Assembly: GCA_000004985.1 (NCBI GenBank)
Contig: GG738900.1
Reading direction: 5' to 3' (one strand)
DNA length: 64,000 nt
From: Naegleria gruberi
Taxonomy: Eukaryota
In this document: positions 45,961 through 56,796 of the stretch, piece after piece
Position numbering within the stretch: position 1 is the stretch's first letter
Layout: each line of letters opens with the position of its first letter
Translations under genes and position numbers: made by a program
Notes under the pieces: model-generated
Told to the model about the DNA's origin: nothing
What the model saw: the letters and a program-made list of their open reading frames with translations, nothing else
Database searches by the model: none

Positions 45961-47060
45961 AACTGTTTACAAAGATTTGAAAAGCATTCTCCTCAAGATT
46001 TCATCGGAACCTGCTGAATTTTTGAAGAAGGAGACCAAGACTCGTATTGGTTCTATTTCAACGGATCACTTCTTATGTCAGTTGGAGAATTTCACTAGAC
46101 CACTATTGGAAAGTTATCATTTGGAAATGGAGAAGGAACTTAGTGTGGATGGAGGAGATCATGGACATTCTCATTGACATCCTCATTGAAAAATATCACT
46201 GGAATGAAGTTGTATTATTACTCAGTTTGGTGAACTGTGCAATAAAAAAACAACTTTTAAATTCATAAAACTTTTATTGTCGTTTAAGTACCTTACTCAA
46301 CCAGATACAATAATAATGCAATTTCAAATGGAGCCAGTGCGACATCTCTAATTTTACTTGGAATTCAAATTATTCTTCAAGATAGCCCTCCACACTTGAA
46401 TAAATATTCTCTCTCACGACAGTATCAGTAACTTCTTCAAATCCTTCAATATTATTTTCCTCATCATCATCGTCACTATATTTACTAGGATTCACTTGTC
46501 CCTCTCCAGCTTTACGAACCAATTTTTGTACTTCGTAGATAATGGCATAAATTCCATCTTCATCATTACTCTTTGGTTATTTATTCTCTTTGGTTAATCT
46601 TTTCATTACATTGCTGATTTGTGTGCTAACTTCATCATCACCTGCATCAGTATACATTCCATACATTTTTTTCTTTTGTGTGGCTGGTATGTTAAAACAA
46701 TGATGAACTTAAACATCCTAAAGGTTTACATTCGGTGAACATAAACAATTCTAGAAAAAACGAAATTTTGTAATGGCATTCTGAGTTCACATTCAATTTT
46801 TATCAGTTTCCATTCAATACAACTTTCCATCTATACCTCTAAATAGACTGGTTAATTGTTTTACTTCTGATGTAACATTTACAATGACACATAATCAAGC
46901 AAATCTTAGAGATAGATATTCGTAGAATTAGTTGTTACTGTGAAAAACAACCAACTTCCCAAACTAATCTTCGGAGTTGTTTTTGGAATTTTGTCAACTC
47001 CTCAACTTCTTTAAAAAGAAGGACATTATGATAATCTTATACAAGAAAAAAACAACAAAG

Positions 47061-50000
47061 ATGAATCACAAAGGTTTTGCATTGCTTCTTGTGTTAACAT
47101 GTCTGTTGTTTATTACCATTCATCCAATAATGACTAGTGAACAAATTATTCGAAACCTTGCCGGTCAAGGAATATGTGATGGTCATTTATCAACAAATGC
47201 ACCAGTCAATCCCAGTGATTGTGCCTTTTTGGATGAAGAAATGTTAATTGCAGATGCCACTAATCATAGAATTCGTAAAGTTTTCACAAATGGAACAATT
47301 GTAACCATAGCTGGAAATGGATTTGCTGGTTACAATGGAGATGGTTTAGATGCAACAAGTGCTCAATTGAACAATCCAGTTGGCATTTATGTTGATACCA
47401 ATAGTAGAGAAGTTTACATTGCTGATTCTAATAATCATCGAATTCGTAAAATATTACAGAATGGAAAAATTACAACAATTGCTGGAACAGGAATTGCTGG
47501 CTACAATGGAGATGACAAAAGTGCAGACAGTGCCCAATTGAACACCCCAAGTGGAATTGTTATTGATCCAAATAATGGAGAAATTTTCATTTCAGATTCT
47601 AAAAATCACAGAATTCGTAAAATTTTACAAAATGGTAAAATTACAACAATTGCTGGAACTGGAGAAGCTGGTTACAATGGAGATGGAATTGAGGCAAAGT
47701 TTGCAAAATTGTATCTACCAAACGGAATTGATTTGTATGAGAAAGAGTTGTTTATTGCTGATCAAAATAATCATAGAATTCGTAAAGTTTCGCTTGATAC
47801 TGGACTAATTTCAACTATTGCTGGAAATGGAAATTCAGGTTACAATGGAGATAACATTCTGGCAACAAACTGTAAATTGAGTTTACCTGCAGGAGTTAGA
47901 TACGATTCGAAAAGAAGAGAAGTTTACATTGCTGATTCCAACAACCAAAGAATTCGTAAAATATTAGAAAGTGGAATAATTGTAACAATTGCTGGAACAG
48001 GAGAAGCTGGATTTGATAATATTCTCAATGCTACCCAATCAAAGGTTAATCATCCTAATAGTGTTACTTTGAACGAATTAGGGGAAGTTTTCATTTCAGA
48101 TTCACAAAATTATCGAGTACGAAAGATTACAACAGAAAGTGGAATAATTACAACAATTGTAGGAAATGGATTTGAAAAGTATTGCACAGATTTAGCTAGT
48201 AACACACCATTGTTTTATCCTCGTGGTATAATTTCGAATGAAAATGGAGAATTTTTCTATGCCGATTCTAGCAACCATTGTATTCGAAAAATTCTGACAA
48301 ATGGTACAATTCTTACAATTGCTGGAACAGGTACTAAGGGTTACAATGGAGATGGAATTGAAGCAACAAGTGCTCAATTAAATACTCCTCACGATGTTGC
48401 ATTAAACTTGGCAACTGGCGAGATTTACATTGCAGATACGGAAAATAATAGAATAAGAAAAATTTTGACAAATGGTACAATTACAACAATTGCAGGAACT
48501 GGAGATTATGGATACAATGGAGATGGAATCATGGCTGTAGATGCATGGTTGAATGAACCGAGTGGTGTTGAAATTGATTCCACTAGCGGTGAAGTTTTCT
48601 TTTCTGATACTGAAAATTTCAGAATTCGAAGAGTTTCGAATAGTGGAATAATTACAACAATTGCAGGAACTGGAAAATCAAAATTTAATGGAGATGGTAT
48701 GGCAACAGACACGAATCTTGCTACTCCAACTGAAATTCAATACGTTCCAAGTACTACTGAAATTTATTTTGCTGATTCTGGAAATAATAGAATTAGAAAA
48801 TTTACTATAAATGGAATGATGACAACTATTGCTGGAACAAGCACAAGTGGATATAATGGTGATAATATGCCTGCAACACGTGCTTGGTTGAATTTTCCAG
48901 TTGGTGTAACATACGATCCAAAAACCAATCAAGTTTATATTGCCGATTTATCTAATCACAGAATTAGAAAAATTCTGACAAATGGTACAATTACAACCAT
49001 TGCTGGAACAGGAAAAGGAGGTTATAATGGTAATAACTTGACAGCCTTATCCACTCAAGTGAATGGACCTCATGGAATGATACTACAACCGAATGGTGAT
49101 GTAATCTTTTCAGATAGCACCAATAATGTCATTAGAATTATCAGATCTGATCAAATTTATTGTAATGGAACATTGTCAAGTGATTTGAATGTTTGTAATG
49201 GTCGTGGTTGGTGCATGGAGAGTGGAAAATGCTCTTGTCAAGACGGATGGATTGGTGATTATTGTTCAGAGCCAACATGTGAAAATGATTGTTATGGACA
49301 TGGAAGATGTGTTTCGAATAATACATGTGAATGTGAATATGGTTGGGATGGAAACTCTCACTGTTCTCAATTTTCATGTGGTGGATTGAATAATTGTAAC
49401 TCGAATGGTTTATGTGTTTCGAATAATACTTGCAGTTGCCAATCAGGATGGGCTGGAACTGATTGTTCTCAATTTACTTGTTCTGGCGCTAGCAATTGTT
49501 CAGATCATGGTTCCTGCATTTCGAATAATACTTGTCATTGCAATTCTGGTTGGAAAGGAAATGCCCAATGTTCCCAATTTACTTGTGAACTCACAAATGA
49601 TTGTTCGAATCATGGCTTGTGTGTTTCGAATAATACTTGTCAATGTAGTTCAGGTTGGAATTTCATTAATTGTTCCATCAAAGAATGTCTCATTTCAATT
49701 GTTTCAGGTTCAAGAGAATTGATATGTGGAAATGATAATTCTTCTGGTCAACTGAAAACATTTAGCAGAATAACGACTCCAGTAATTGAAACAACAAGTT
49801 TCGAATTGAATGAAAATCAACATGTAAATGTTGATATTGGATCAAGAATAATGAATTTGGATCTATCTCAAGACAAGTATTTCATAACCTCTTCATGGAC
49901 CAATTCGAATAATTTATTCTTTACCAATGTTTCCAATTTACTAATTCAAAACTCAGGTTCATCACTTATTCAAGCAGAACTTTCAACAAAAATCAAGTAT

Positions 50001-50789
50001 TCTTTCACGCATCATTCAAATCTTGATATCATGTCATTTAACTATAATTGTTTAAGATTTGACATCCTGTCACATTTGTGGACAAATCAATCCATAACAA
50101 CAAGCATTTCTCCACAAACTAACTCCATTACATGCACAACTATATTCATTTCTTCAGTAGTTGTTCAAAGAACTTTAATCCCTTCACCATCAATCTCACC
50201 AAAACACTCATCAAATCCATTTCCATCAATTTCACATGAAAATTCAATTCCACTCCCAAGCGATGAGACAATTACATTGAATATCCAACCTGGAGAATCA
50301 ATTCTCTATCAAATAACTCTTCCATCCATGAAAAGACTTTCACTTTCGTGTAAAACAATTTCAGGAAGAGATTTAAATTTGTTTATTGGAGAAAATTTCA
50401 AACCGTCTTATGAAATGTACTCAAAAGTTATGAATTCTAATCAGGAAATGGATTTTGAAAATTGGAAGTCGATATACCAGGTGTTTTACATTCGAGTTCA
50501 AGGTTTGAAAGATTCAACAACTCAATTCACTATAAGAGCTTCAATTAGTCAACTGAGACAAGTGAATTCTTCGAGTGGAGCAAGAAATGATAATTACACC
50601 ATTGGATTAATCGTCTCAAGTGTTATTTCACTTCTATTATTAATCATTACCATCCTAACTGTTCTTAGTTGTGTTTTCTATTGGAGAAAGAAACGTAAAC
50701 TTATGGAAGAAACCAGAACGAAACTACTTTCAACTCCTAATTCGCTTCAGTATTCACCTCACCAACCGTATGAAATGGAGGAAGCATAA
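47061..50789 (+). CDS. Type I membrane protein: signal peptide, ~12 NHL beta-propeller repeats, ~5 tenascin-type EGF-like repeats, TM, short tail
   Basis: Repeated …IADSNNHRIRKI…TIAGTGxAGYNGDG…AxLNxPxG… units. Cys-rich CxxxGxCxCxxGWxGxxC modules. TM IGLIVSSVISLLLLIITILTVLSCVFYW followed by RKKRK. Confidence 0.7.
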   Translation: MNHKGFALLLVLTCLLFITIHPIMTSEQIIRNLAGQGICDGHLSTNAPVNPSDCAFLDEEMLIADATNHRIRKVFTNGTIVTIAGNGFAGYNGDGLDATSAQLNNPVGIYVDTNSREVYIADSNNHRIRKILQNGKITTIAGTGIAGYNGDDKSADSAQLNTPSGIVIDPNNGEIFISDSKNHRIRKILQNGKITTIAGTGEAGYNGDGIEAKFAKLYLPNGIDLYEKELFIADQNNHRIRKVSLDTGLISTIAGNGNSGYNGDNILATNCKLSLPAGVRYDSKRREVYIADSNNQRIRKILESGIIVTIAGTGEAGFDNILNATQSKVNHPNSVTLNELGEVFISDSQNYRVRKITTESGIITTIVGNGFEKYCTDLASNTPLFYPRGIISNENGEFFYADSSNHCIRKILTNGTILTIAGTGTKGYNGDGIEATSAQLNTPHDVALNLATGEIYIADTENNRIRKILTNGTITTIAGTGDYGYNGDGIMAVDAWLNEPSGVEIDSTSGEVFFSDTENFRIRRVSNSGIITTIAGTGKSKFNGDGMATDTNLATPTEIQYVPSTTEIYFADSGNNRIRKFTINGMMTTIAGTSTSGYNGDNMPATRAWLNFPVGVTYDPKTNQVYIADLSNHRIRKILTNGTITTIAGTGKGGYNGNNLTALSTQVNGPHGMILQPNGDVIFSDSTNNVIRIIRSDQIYCNGTLSSDLNVCNGRGWCMESGKCSCQDGWIGDYCSEPTCENDCYGHGRCVSNNTCECEYGWDGNSHCSQFSCGGLNNCNSNGLCVSNNTCSCQSGWAGTDCSQFTCSGASNCSDHGSCISNNTCHCNSGWKGNAQCSQFTCELTNDCSNHGLCVSNNTCQCSSGWNFINCSIKECLISIVSGSRELICGNDNSSGQLKTFSRITTPVIETTSFELNENQHVNVDIGSRIMNLDLSQDKYFITSSWTNSNNLFFTNVSNLLIQNSGSSLIQAELSTKIKYSFTHHSNLDIMSFNYNCLRFDILSHLWTNQSITTSISPQTNSITCTTIFISSVVVQRTLIPSPSISPKHSSNPFPSISHENSIPLPSDETITLNIQPGESILYQITLPSMKRLSLSCKTISGRDLNLFIGENFKPSYEMYSKVMNSNQEMDFENWKSIYQVFYIRVQGLKDSTTQFTIRASISQLRQVNSSSGARNDNYTIGLIVSSVISLLLLIITILTVLSCVFYWRKKRKLMEETRTKLLSTPNSLQYSPHQPYEMEEA

Positions 50790-50843
50790 ACTATTGAACT
50801 GTTTTATAAACACAAATAGAATTTATTGTAAAAGTTTAAAAAA

Positions 50844-53309
50844 ATGTCTCAACACCAAGTTGATTTTACCCTCGCGGATCTTCCCACTGAAATTCATCAT
50901 ACAATTTTTTACTACCTCGATTATGTTCGTGATATTTGTTGTGATCAGTTATTGTATGTTCCGATGATTGAAATGCCATCAACATTGGAAGAATATGAAC
51001 GGAATTGTATTGATCATGGTGAACAGGAATTTATTGATTTTGATCATCCTAGTCGCGTGCCTTTCTTTTTAGCCTGTCAATCACTGCTGAAATCTGTAAA
51101 ATCATTCAGACCAATAGTTTTGAATTTAACACTACCATCAACAGAAAGGGGGCTCTGCAGATATTATTTGGACAAGTTATATATTGAAACATTTCAAAGA
51201 ACTCCTTGGTTTAGAAGAGCAAAACCTGCATATCATTTTAGTAGTTATGATTGGAATGACGCATTTAGAGCACTATTTGAAAGGATGAAAAAGCTTTGTG
51301 GTGGTCATCCTTTGTTTAAAGTGGAATTTGTATCAGTTGCTTGTATTGTTGGCAGAAACTATACCTCTTTTGAATATGCTTATCATGGAGGATTTAATTT
51401 ACACAAACTTATGGATCTAGTACCTAACCTTAAATATGCACTATTCGATTTCAACCCTTCATTAGTTTTATATGAAAGAAGTGAATCTTTGACCATTATT
51501 TATGCATCAAAGTCAGATTATTACCATTCAGCATTGGGACAAAAAAAGAACATTTACTTCTCATCCTTTGATTATGAAAGAAACCCAATAGTACCAATTG
51601 AAAAATTGAAAGGAGTATTTCCAAACAATTATCCAACAAATATTGAAATATTCCTCTACAATAGTATAGTATCAAATAATTTTAAGGAGGCAAAATATAT
51701 TATCAACAATTTTACTCTTAATGCTAATATATTTTCCTATATATGGAATACCAAATCTTACATGACACGAGAACTCAACTATTATAATCTTACACAAATT
51801 ATGGACATATTACATTTTTTTTACAAAAATTATCCATCTTTTAGAGTATTTAGAATTCCAATAGACAATATAGTATGCTTAAAACTAATTGTATCACAGC
51901 CATTTGTAGATATTCATGTTGGTAAGAATATTACCAAATTATTCCTAGAGAGAATGACTACTAAAGATGTTCAGGTACTATCTAGAGATTATAATGTTGA
52001 TTTTTCCAAACTTGGTAATTTCAAATTCTCTGCTAATTGTTTTTTAGAAACAAATTTACAAATAGAAAATACTTGTGATATTTTTGGTGTATCCACGGCT
52101 ATGTTTAGATTGGAAAGAGGCAGTAACATTATTGAGAAGGATAAGTTTGGAAATAATATCCTTCATTATATATTCTTGAATAGGAGAGGAAACAATTTAT
52201 CGCAATCTCTTTCAAAGTTTTCACAAGAGGAAATTAAATTACTTGGAAAAGAGCCAAACATTTTCGGTATCACTGCAAATGAACTAGCGCTTATTAAGGG
52301 ATGTGACTTTAAAATTGAAAGTTTTAATAAGAAATTCTGCTACGAGTCCTTTGGTAGAACCTGTGGCAGTTCAGATTTGCCTAGAATGTTACTATTTGAT
52401 GGATTAATGGTTAATGAACAAATCTATTGTGTATTTATGAATAATTTACAAACCAGTAGATATGATTATGATCAATATAGAGATATCAACTTTAGAGATG
52501 AAAATGGAAAGCATTTGGTTCACTATTCCCCAAATTGTTTTAGTGAAAACACAGAGTGTTTGGGTTTAGAATTGAAAGATATTATCTTTTGCAAAGATAA
52601 TAATCAAACAATGCCCATCCAAACATTTTACAATAGTTATCTTGTGGCTTTGGACAAGTTAGGACAAATTGAGAATATGCCCAAGTTGAACTTTTTTTCA
52701 TATACTGATAACTTTGGAATGTGTCGATATTTATATTTATTGATGAATTCCTATATTAATACTCAGTTATTGGTATCAGAAGCTGATACTATTGGATTTG
52801 ATTACTCTTCAGGTCAACCTGAACTTGTATCATTGTGTTCTCATTATTTGGATGGACTCTATCATTTTTCAATTGAAAAAAGCCCTTTGAAACAATTGAA
52901 AGGTATTAGATACTTTGGAAGTGTTGATGGAGATGATTTCTCACATTACGTATTGAGATATTATTTGGATTACATTAACAAAAACCCTACTTACTATCTA
53001 GACACTTCAACCCTCAAGGTTCTTATTGCTAGAGGACTAAAGTTTGATGTTGTTAGAAACTCACAAGGGCAAACAGCTTTTGATTTAATTGATCACTTAA
53101 CAGGGACGACACAATTGAAACATATGAAGAAAGTATGTAGAAAAGGCCGTACCACAAAATCCAAGGCATTACCCAAATTTACAATCAAACACAATCCAAT
53201 TCCAAAAGATGTTTTAATAGAGGATTCTGAAACAACACTTGTTGTTAAATCACAAAATGTTGCACCATTCCGTATTAGAATCAAACGCAGTTTAACATTT
53301 CACAAATAG
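50844..53309 (+). CDS. Hypothetical 821-aa protein with N-terminal F-box-like motif
   Basis: LADLPTEIHHTIFYYLD resembles an F-box. The remainder is unassigned, with possible ankyrin-like repeats. Confidence 0.4.
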   Translation: MSQHQVDFTLADLPTEIHHTIFYYLDYVRDICCDQLLYVPMIEMPSTLEEYERNCIDHGEQEFIDFDHPSRVPFFLACQSLLKSVKSFRPIVLNLTLPSTERGLCRYYLDKLYIETFQRTPWFRRAKPAYHFSSYDWNDAFRALFERMKKLCGGHPLFKVEFVSVACIVGRNYTSFEYAYHGGFNLHKLMDLVPNLKYALFDFNPSLVLYERSESLTIIYASKSDYYHSALGQKKNIYFSSFDYERNPIVPIEKLKGVFPNNYPTNIEIFLYNSIVSNNFKEAKYIINNFTLNANIFSYIWNTKSYMTRELNYYNLTQIMDILHFFYKNYPSFRVFRIPIDNIVCLKLIVSQPFVDIHVGKNITKLFLERMTTKDVQVLSRDYNVDFSKLGNFKFSANCFLETNLQIENTCDIFGVSTAMFRLERGSNIIEKDKFGNNILHYIFLNRRGNNLSQSLSKFSQEEIKLLGKEPNIFGITANELALIKGCDFKIESFNKKFCYESFGRTCGSSDLPRMLLFDGLMVNEQIYCVFMNNLQTSRYDYDQYRDINFRDENGKHLVHYSPNCFSENTECLGLELKDIIFCKDNNQTMPIQTFYNSYLVALDKLGQIENMPKLNFFSYTDNFGMCRYLYLLMNSYINTQLLVSEADTIGFDYSSGQPELVSLCSHYLDGLYHFSIEKSPLKQLKGIRYFGSVDGDDFSHYVLRYYLDYINKNPTYYLDTSTLKVLIARGLKFDVVRNSQGQTAFDLIDHLTGTTQLKHMKKVCRKGRTTKSKALPKFTIKHNPIPKDVLIEDSETTLVVKSQNVAPFRIRIKRSLTFHK

Positions 53310-53716
53310 CCTAGAAAATAATAAAATAAAGAAGTTCAGCAGAAACATCATATTGATAGATATCCAACAGGTGGTCTTACATCAGTATTAGCTGTTGATG
53401 AAAACAAAATGGGTTGGATTAACATTTAATTTGGCAGTTGACATTATTTCAATTAAGTTTTCTATTGGTTGAAAATGACGGGAAGCCTGCCAGGAATATG
53501 ACGACAATCCCGCTACAGTCTTTGACTGTATGAACAGTGAAGGCAACGAAGACAGAATCTTGTTGGTTCAGGTTTTGTTTGAAGAAATTGTTAAAGTTGA
53601 TCAACCTCATATTTATTGAACATTTGTCATGTTGAAATGCATGATGCAAATTTTGGTTTCTCATATTCTGATCAATTCTAAATTGAAACTTCATTATTTA
53701 CAATTTACTGAATTAT

Positions 53717-54004
53717 TTACAAGTTTTTAGATTTGGTAATTTTCTTAGTTGTGGTAGTAGATTGTTTAGCTCTCTTTTCAATTGAATTTTTAGAAGATCT
53801 TTTCACTGAAATTTGTTTACCATTTAAATTTGCATGATGATAATCAATATTATTACGATGTCTAGTTCCACTTATAATATTTGAAGTATCAATATCAAAT
53901 AATGGTAATCTTTTAGATAAATCAATTGGTTTAGATCTTGTCCATTCTGTTTTTGTTGGAATTCTATCTTCGGAAGAATGTGATGAAGTATTTCTAGCTG
54001 GCAT
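53717..54004 (-). CDS. Small Ser/Lys-rich basic protein, paralogue A
   Basis: Shares core NIISGTRHRNNIDY with the divergently oriented ORF at 54228..54443. Confidence 0.35.
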   Translation of the reverse strand: MPARNTSSHSSEDRIPTKTEWTRSKPIDLSKRLPLFDIDTSNIISGTRHRNNIDYHHANLNGKQISVKRSSKNSIEKRAKQSTTTTKKITKSKNL

Positions 54005-54227
54005 TTTGCTCTTAGTTCTTGTTATTAGGTTGTTTTGTTTTGTTGTGGAAATTTCATCATCCTATACCAGTTATCTATTTATTTCCATATTGATTTCCAC
54101 TAATTTTGTGATTCCGATTTTTAGTGGATTTTCCACTCATCACAAGAATTTGAATTTTTCTATTAATATTAAGGAAATTTAATGAAAATCAACAAACAAA
54201 AGAAAATAACAAAATAACAATAAGAAA

Positions 54228-54443
54228 ATGGTCTCAACAAGAAGAAATATGTATAATTCCTCCAATAATACTTCACAATTTAATTCCGAAATTTCTCTGG
54301 ATAATATTATTGGTGGAACAAGAAGAAGAAATTTAATTGATTACAAAACATTGAATTCTATTGGAAGTGAAACAAGCAAAACTTCCAAATCTCAATCACA
54401 TAACACTTTAGAAATGAGAAACAAACAATTCAAAATGTGGTAA
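54228..54443 (+). CDS. Small Ser/Lys-rich basic protein, paralogue B
   Basis: Core NIIGGTRRRNLIDY. Head-to-head with paralogue A, about 220 bp apart. Confidence 0.35.
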   Translation: MVSTRRNMYNSSNNTSQFNSEISLDNIIGGTRRRNLIDYKTLNSIGSETSKTSKSQSHNTLEMRNKQFKMW

Positions 54444-55243
54444 TCTCCATTTAACTCAAAATTTTGTAAACCTAGGCATTCATTGTAAATAAACCCAAAA
54501 TATTGATATAAAGGAATACTCTCCTAATCAAATAAATTGTCTTATTCAACAATATCGTTCCGTTTCAATAGCATAATAACAAAGAGTTGCATTCCTCCTC
54601 TTAATTTCCTTATCGTTAACTTTTCCATTATGAATCGTTTTTCCAAAGTAACTAGTTCTGCCAGTTTTAAAATGTAAGCAGTGTATTCAATTTTTAAATT
54701 GCAATAATGTACATGTTGTTTATCCTCATTGAAACATAATGAAATGAATTCCTTTTTGAAAAGAAGATTTTGGGATTCCTATTTACTTTGATATCACAAC
54801 ATCCATACATGCATGTTGAATGAGAGGGTGTTTACATGTCCGTGTAGTTTTTTTCATCATTGGCGGTTCCAAAAGTTACAACGAGTTCCCATCTAATTAT
54901 TTTAAGCAACACGATCAAGAGGGTTAAATGAGAATATTGTAAACTAATATCTCCCTTTTCCCTATGTGTTGTTATGAGTTCTATTCGATAGTTAGATGAT
55001 ACTGAGGTGTTACCATTCCTCTTACTGACTTCTCAATAAGGTTGTTCCACAAATGTTCAACCAATTCAATTCTCAGAAAACCATTGAACTCTATTAAACT
55101 CCATTGTAAATATTGTAATCTTACTCAGTCAAAATTACTATAAATTCAAATTGACAATTCTTTTTGATAAAAACAAAACAAACAAACAATAATATTCAAT
55201 ATTGAATTGTATCTGAAAACTCCTCAACAAACTTAAACTCAAA

Positions 55244-55780
55244 ATGACTCAACAAACTCACGAAGAATTATTCAATGAAAACATGTGTGGAAGTGGTTTG
55301 GCATTCAAGAAGGTAGTTTGTGAATTATTCAACAATCGTATTGTCCCTGCGACCAAGAATCTTCAACAAGTCAACCCAAAGATGATCATCTTGTTGGATT
55401 GGGCTTCTCTTGCTGCATTGCCAAGTGAAACCAAATACAAGTATGGTGATAGATTTGTTGAAGATACCCTGTTGAATAATTGCATCAAATTCTTAATTGA
55501 AAGTCCAAGATTGAGCAATATGAGTGAAATTGCCAAGGTTTTCATCAAGGATCCTGATTGTAAGGAAGTTTTTATGGGATTGGAAAAGTTGATTTTCAGA
55601 GTTGTACACAATGCTGATAGTAAGGAATCTTCAGGTTTCCTTGGATATTCTTACAAGGTTAATGGTACTGATTTGGTTGTCACTTTGGATTGCAATTTGA
55701 CTCTTGTTATGAAGGTTGCCAATGAAAGACAAAGCCCAACTGCTGATTCAGAAGCTAAAAAGTTGATTAATGCTTTCTAA
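55244..55780 (+). CDS. Hypothetical 178-aa protein with strong expression-type codon bias
   Basis: Intact ORF. Prefers ttc, aag, cca and ggt codons. No family recognised. Confidence 0.45.
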   Translation: MTQQTHEELFNENMCGSGLAFKKVVCELFNNRIVPATKNLQQVNPKMIILLDWASLAALPSETKYKYGDRFVEDTLLNNCIKFLIESPRLSNMSEIAKVFIKDPDCKEVFMGLEKLIFRVVHNADSKESSGFLGYSYKVNGTDLVVTLDCNLTLVMKVANERQSPTADSEAKKLINAF

Positions 55781-55856
55781 TTTTTTAAATGGCAGTACTC
55801 TATGAATCAACATTGATTTACCTAATAAAAAACCTTTATTTTTGAATTGTCAAAAA

Positions 55857-55976
55857 GACTACAGCACCACAGGTTCCCAAGTTGTCTCCAACCTCAGTAC
55901 TGATGTGGCTCGACGATGCTTAACTTCTCAAATCGGACGGGATGAGGTGCATTCATCGTGATATGGCCGTAGCCAT
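55857..55976 (-). rRNA. 5S ribosomal RNA gene, copy 3 (identical to copy 1)
   Basis: Reverse complement is identical to 22656..22775. Has its own flanks and a T-run terminator. Confidence 0.8.
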
Positions 55977-56102
55977 TCATTTTCTTAATTTGTGATATAT
56001 AAAACATCTTCTTAAAATCTTAATGTTGAATAAGTCAATGAATTCTTTGTTCGCACACAGAATAGTAACTTTCAAATTCCGCTAAAAATTAGAACAAAAA
56101 AA

Positions 56103-56795
56103 ATGAGTACAAACTTTTCTCAAGGTTTTCTGGTAAGAATGAAAGGAGAGCTAAAATTGCTCAAGAATCAACCTCCTCACGGAATTGCAGCCTATCCAAA
56201 GAATGAAGATCGTATCGATATTTTGGAAGCAAAAATACAAGGAACACAAGGTACACCCTATGAAGGTGGTGAATTTGTTTTGGAAATTACACTTCCGAAT
56301 AATTATCCTCATCATCCTCCAAATGTTAGATTTATTACAAAGATTTATCATCCTAATTTTGATAGTGGAGGCAGAATTTGTTTGGATCTATTGAACATGC
56401 CACCAAAAGGAGCATGGAAGCCTAGTATTAATATTTCAACATTGTTGGCTTCTATTAAATTATTAATGGATGAACCGAATGGAGATGATGGATTAATGGC
56501 AGACATTACAGAACAATTTAGAAATAATAGACAATTATTTGAGAAGATTGCAAAGGAATGGACGAAAAAGTATGCAATTACAAGTTTTGTGACAACAGAT
56601 TCATCGGAACAAACAAAGGAAGAAGAAAATAATGCAAAACCACCAGTTGAATCAAATGATAAATCATCGGAAAAGGAGAAGAAAGTAAGAAAGATTAATG
56701 ACAGTAGCAGTAGTGATGATGATGATAGCAGTAGTAGCAGTGAAGATGAGGAAGAAGGACTATTCCACAAGAAAATGAAAAAGAGAAAGCTTTAA
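56103..56795 (+). CDS. UBE2T: Ubiquitin-conjugating enzyme E2 T homologue with long Ser/Asp/Lys-rich C-terminal tail
   Basis: UBC fold HPN…GRICLDLL…PPKGAWKPSINISTLLASIKLLMDEPNGDDGLMADI closely parallels human UBE2T. Confidence 0.75.
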   Translation: MSTNFSQGFLVRMKGELKLLKNQPPHGIAAYPKNEDRIDILEAKIQGTQGTPYEGGEFVLEITLPNNYPHHPPNVRFITKIYHPNFDSGGRICLDLLNMPPKGAWKPSINISTLLASIKLLMDEPNGDDGLMADITEQFRNNRQLFEKIAKEWTKKYAITSFVTTDSSEQTKEEENNAKPPVESNDKSSEKEKKVRKINDSSSSDDDDSSSSSEDEEEGLFHKKMKKRKL

Positions 56796-56796
56796 T

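Noticed and set aside
53310-53720. ORF 53449..53694 (81 aa) and other small ORFs in the 53.3-53.7 kb and 54.5-55.2 kb intergenic regions
   Set aside because: No homology, atypical composition, and no splice or codon signal. Likely UTR or promoter DNA of flanking genes.
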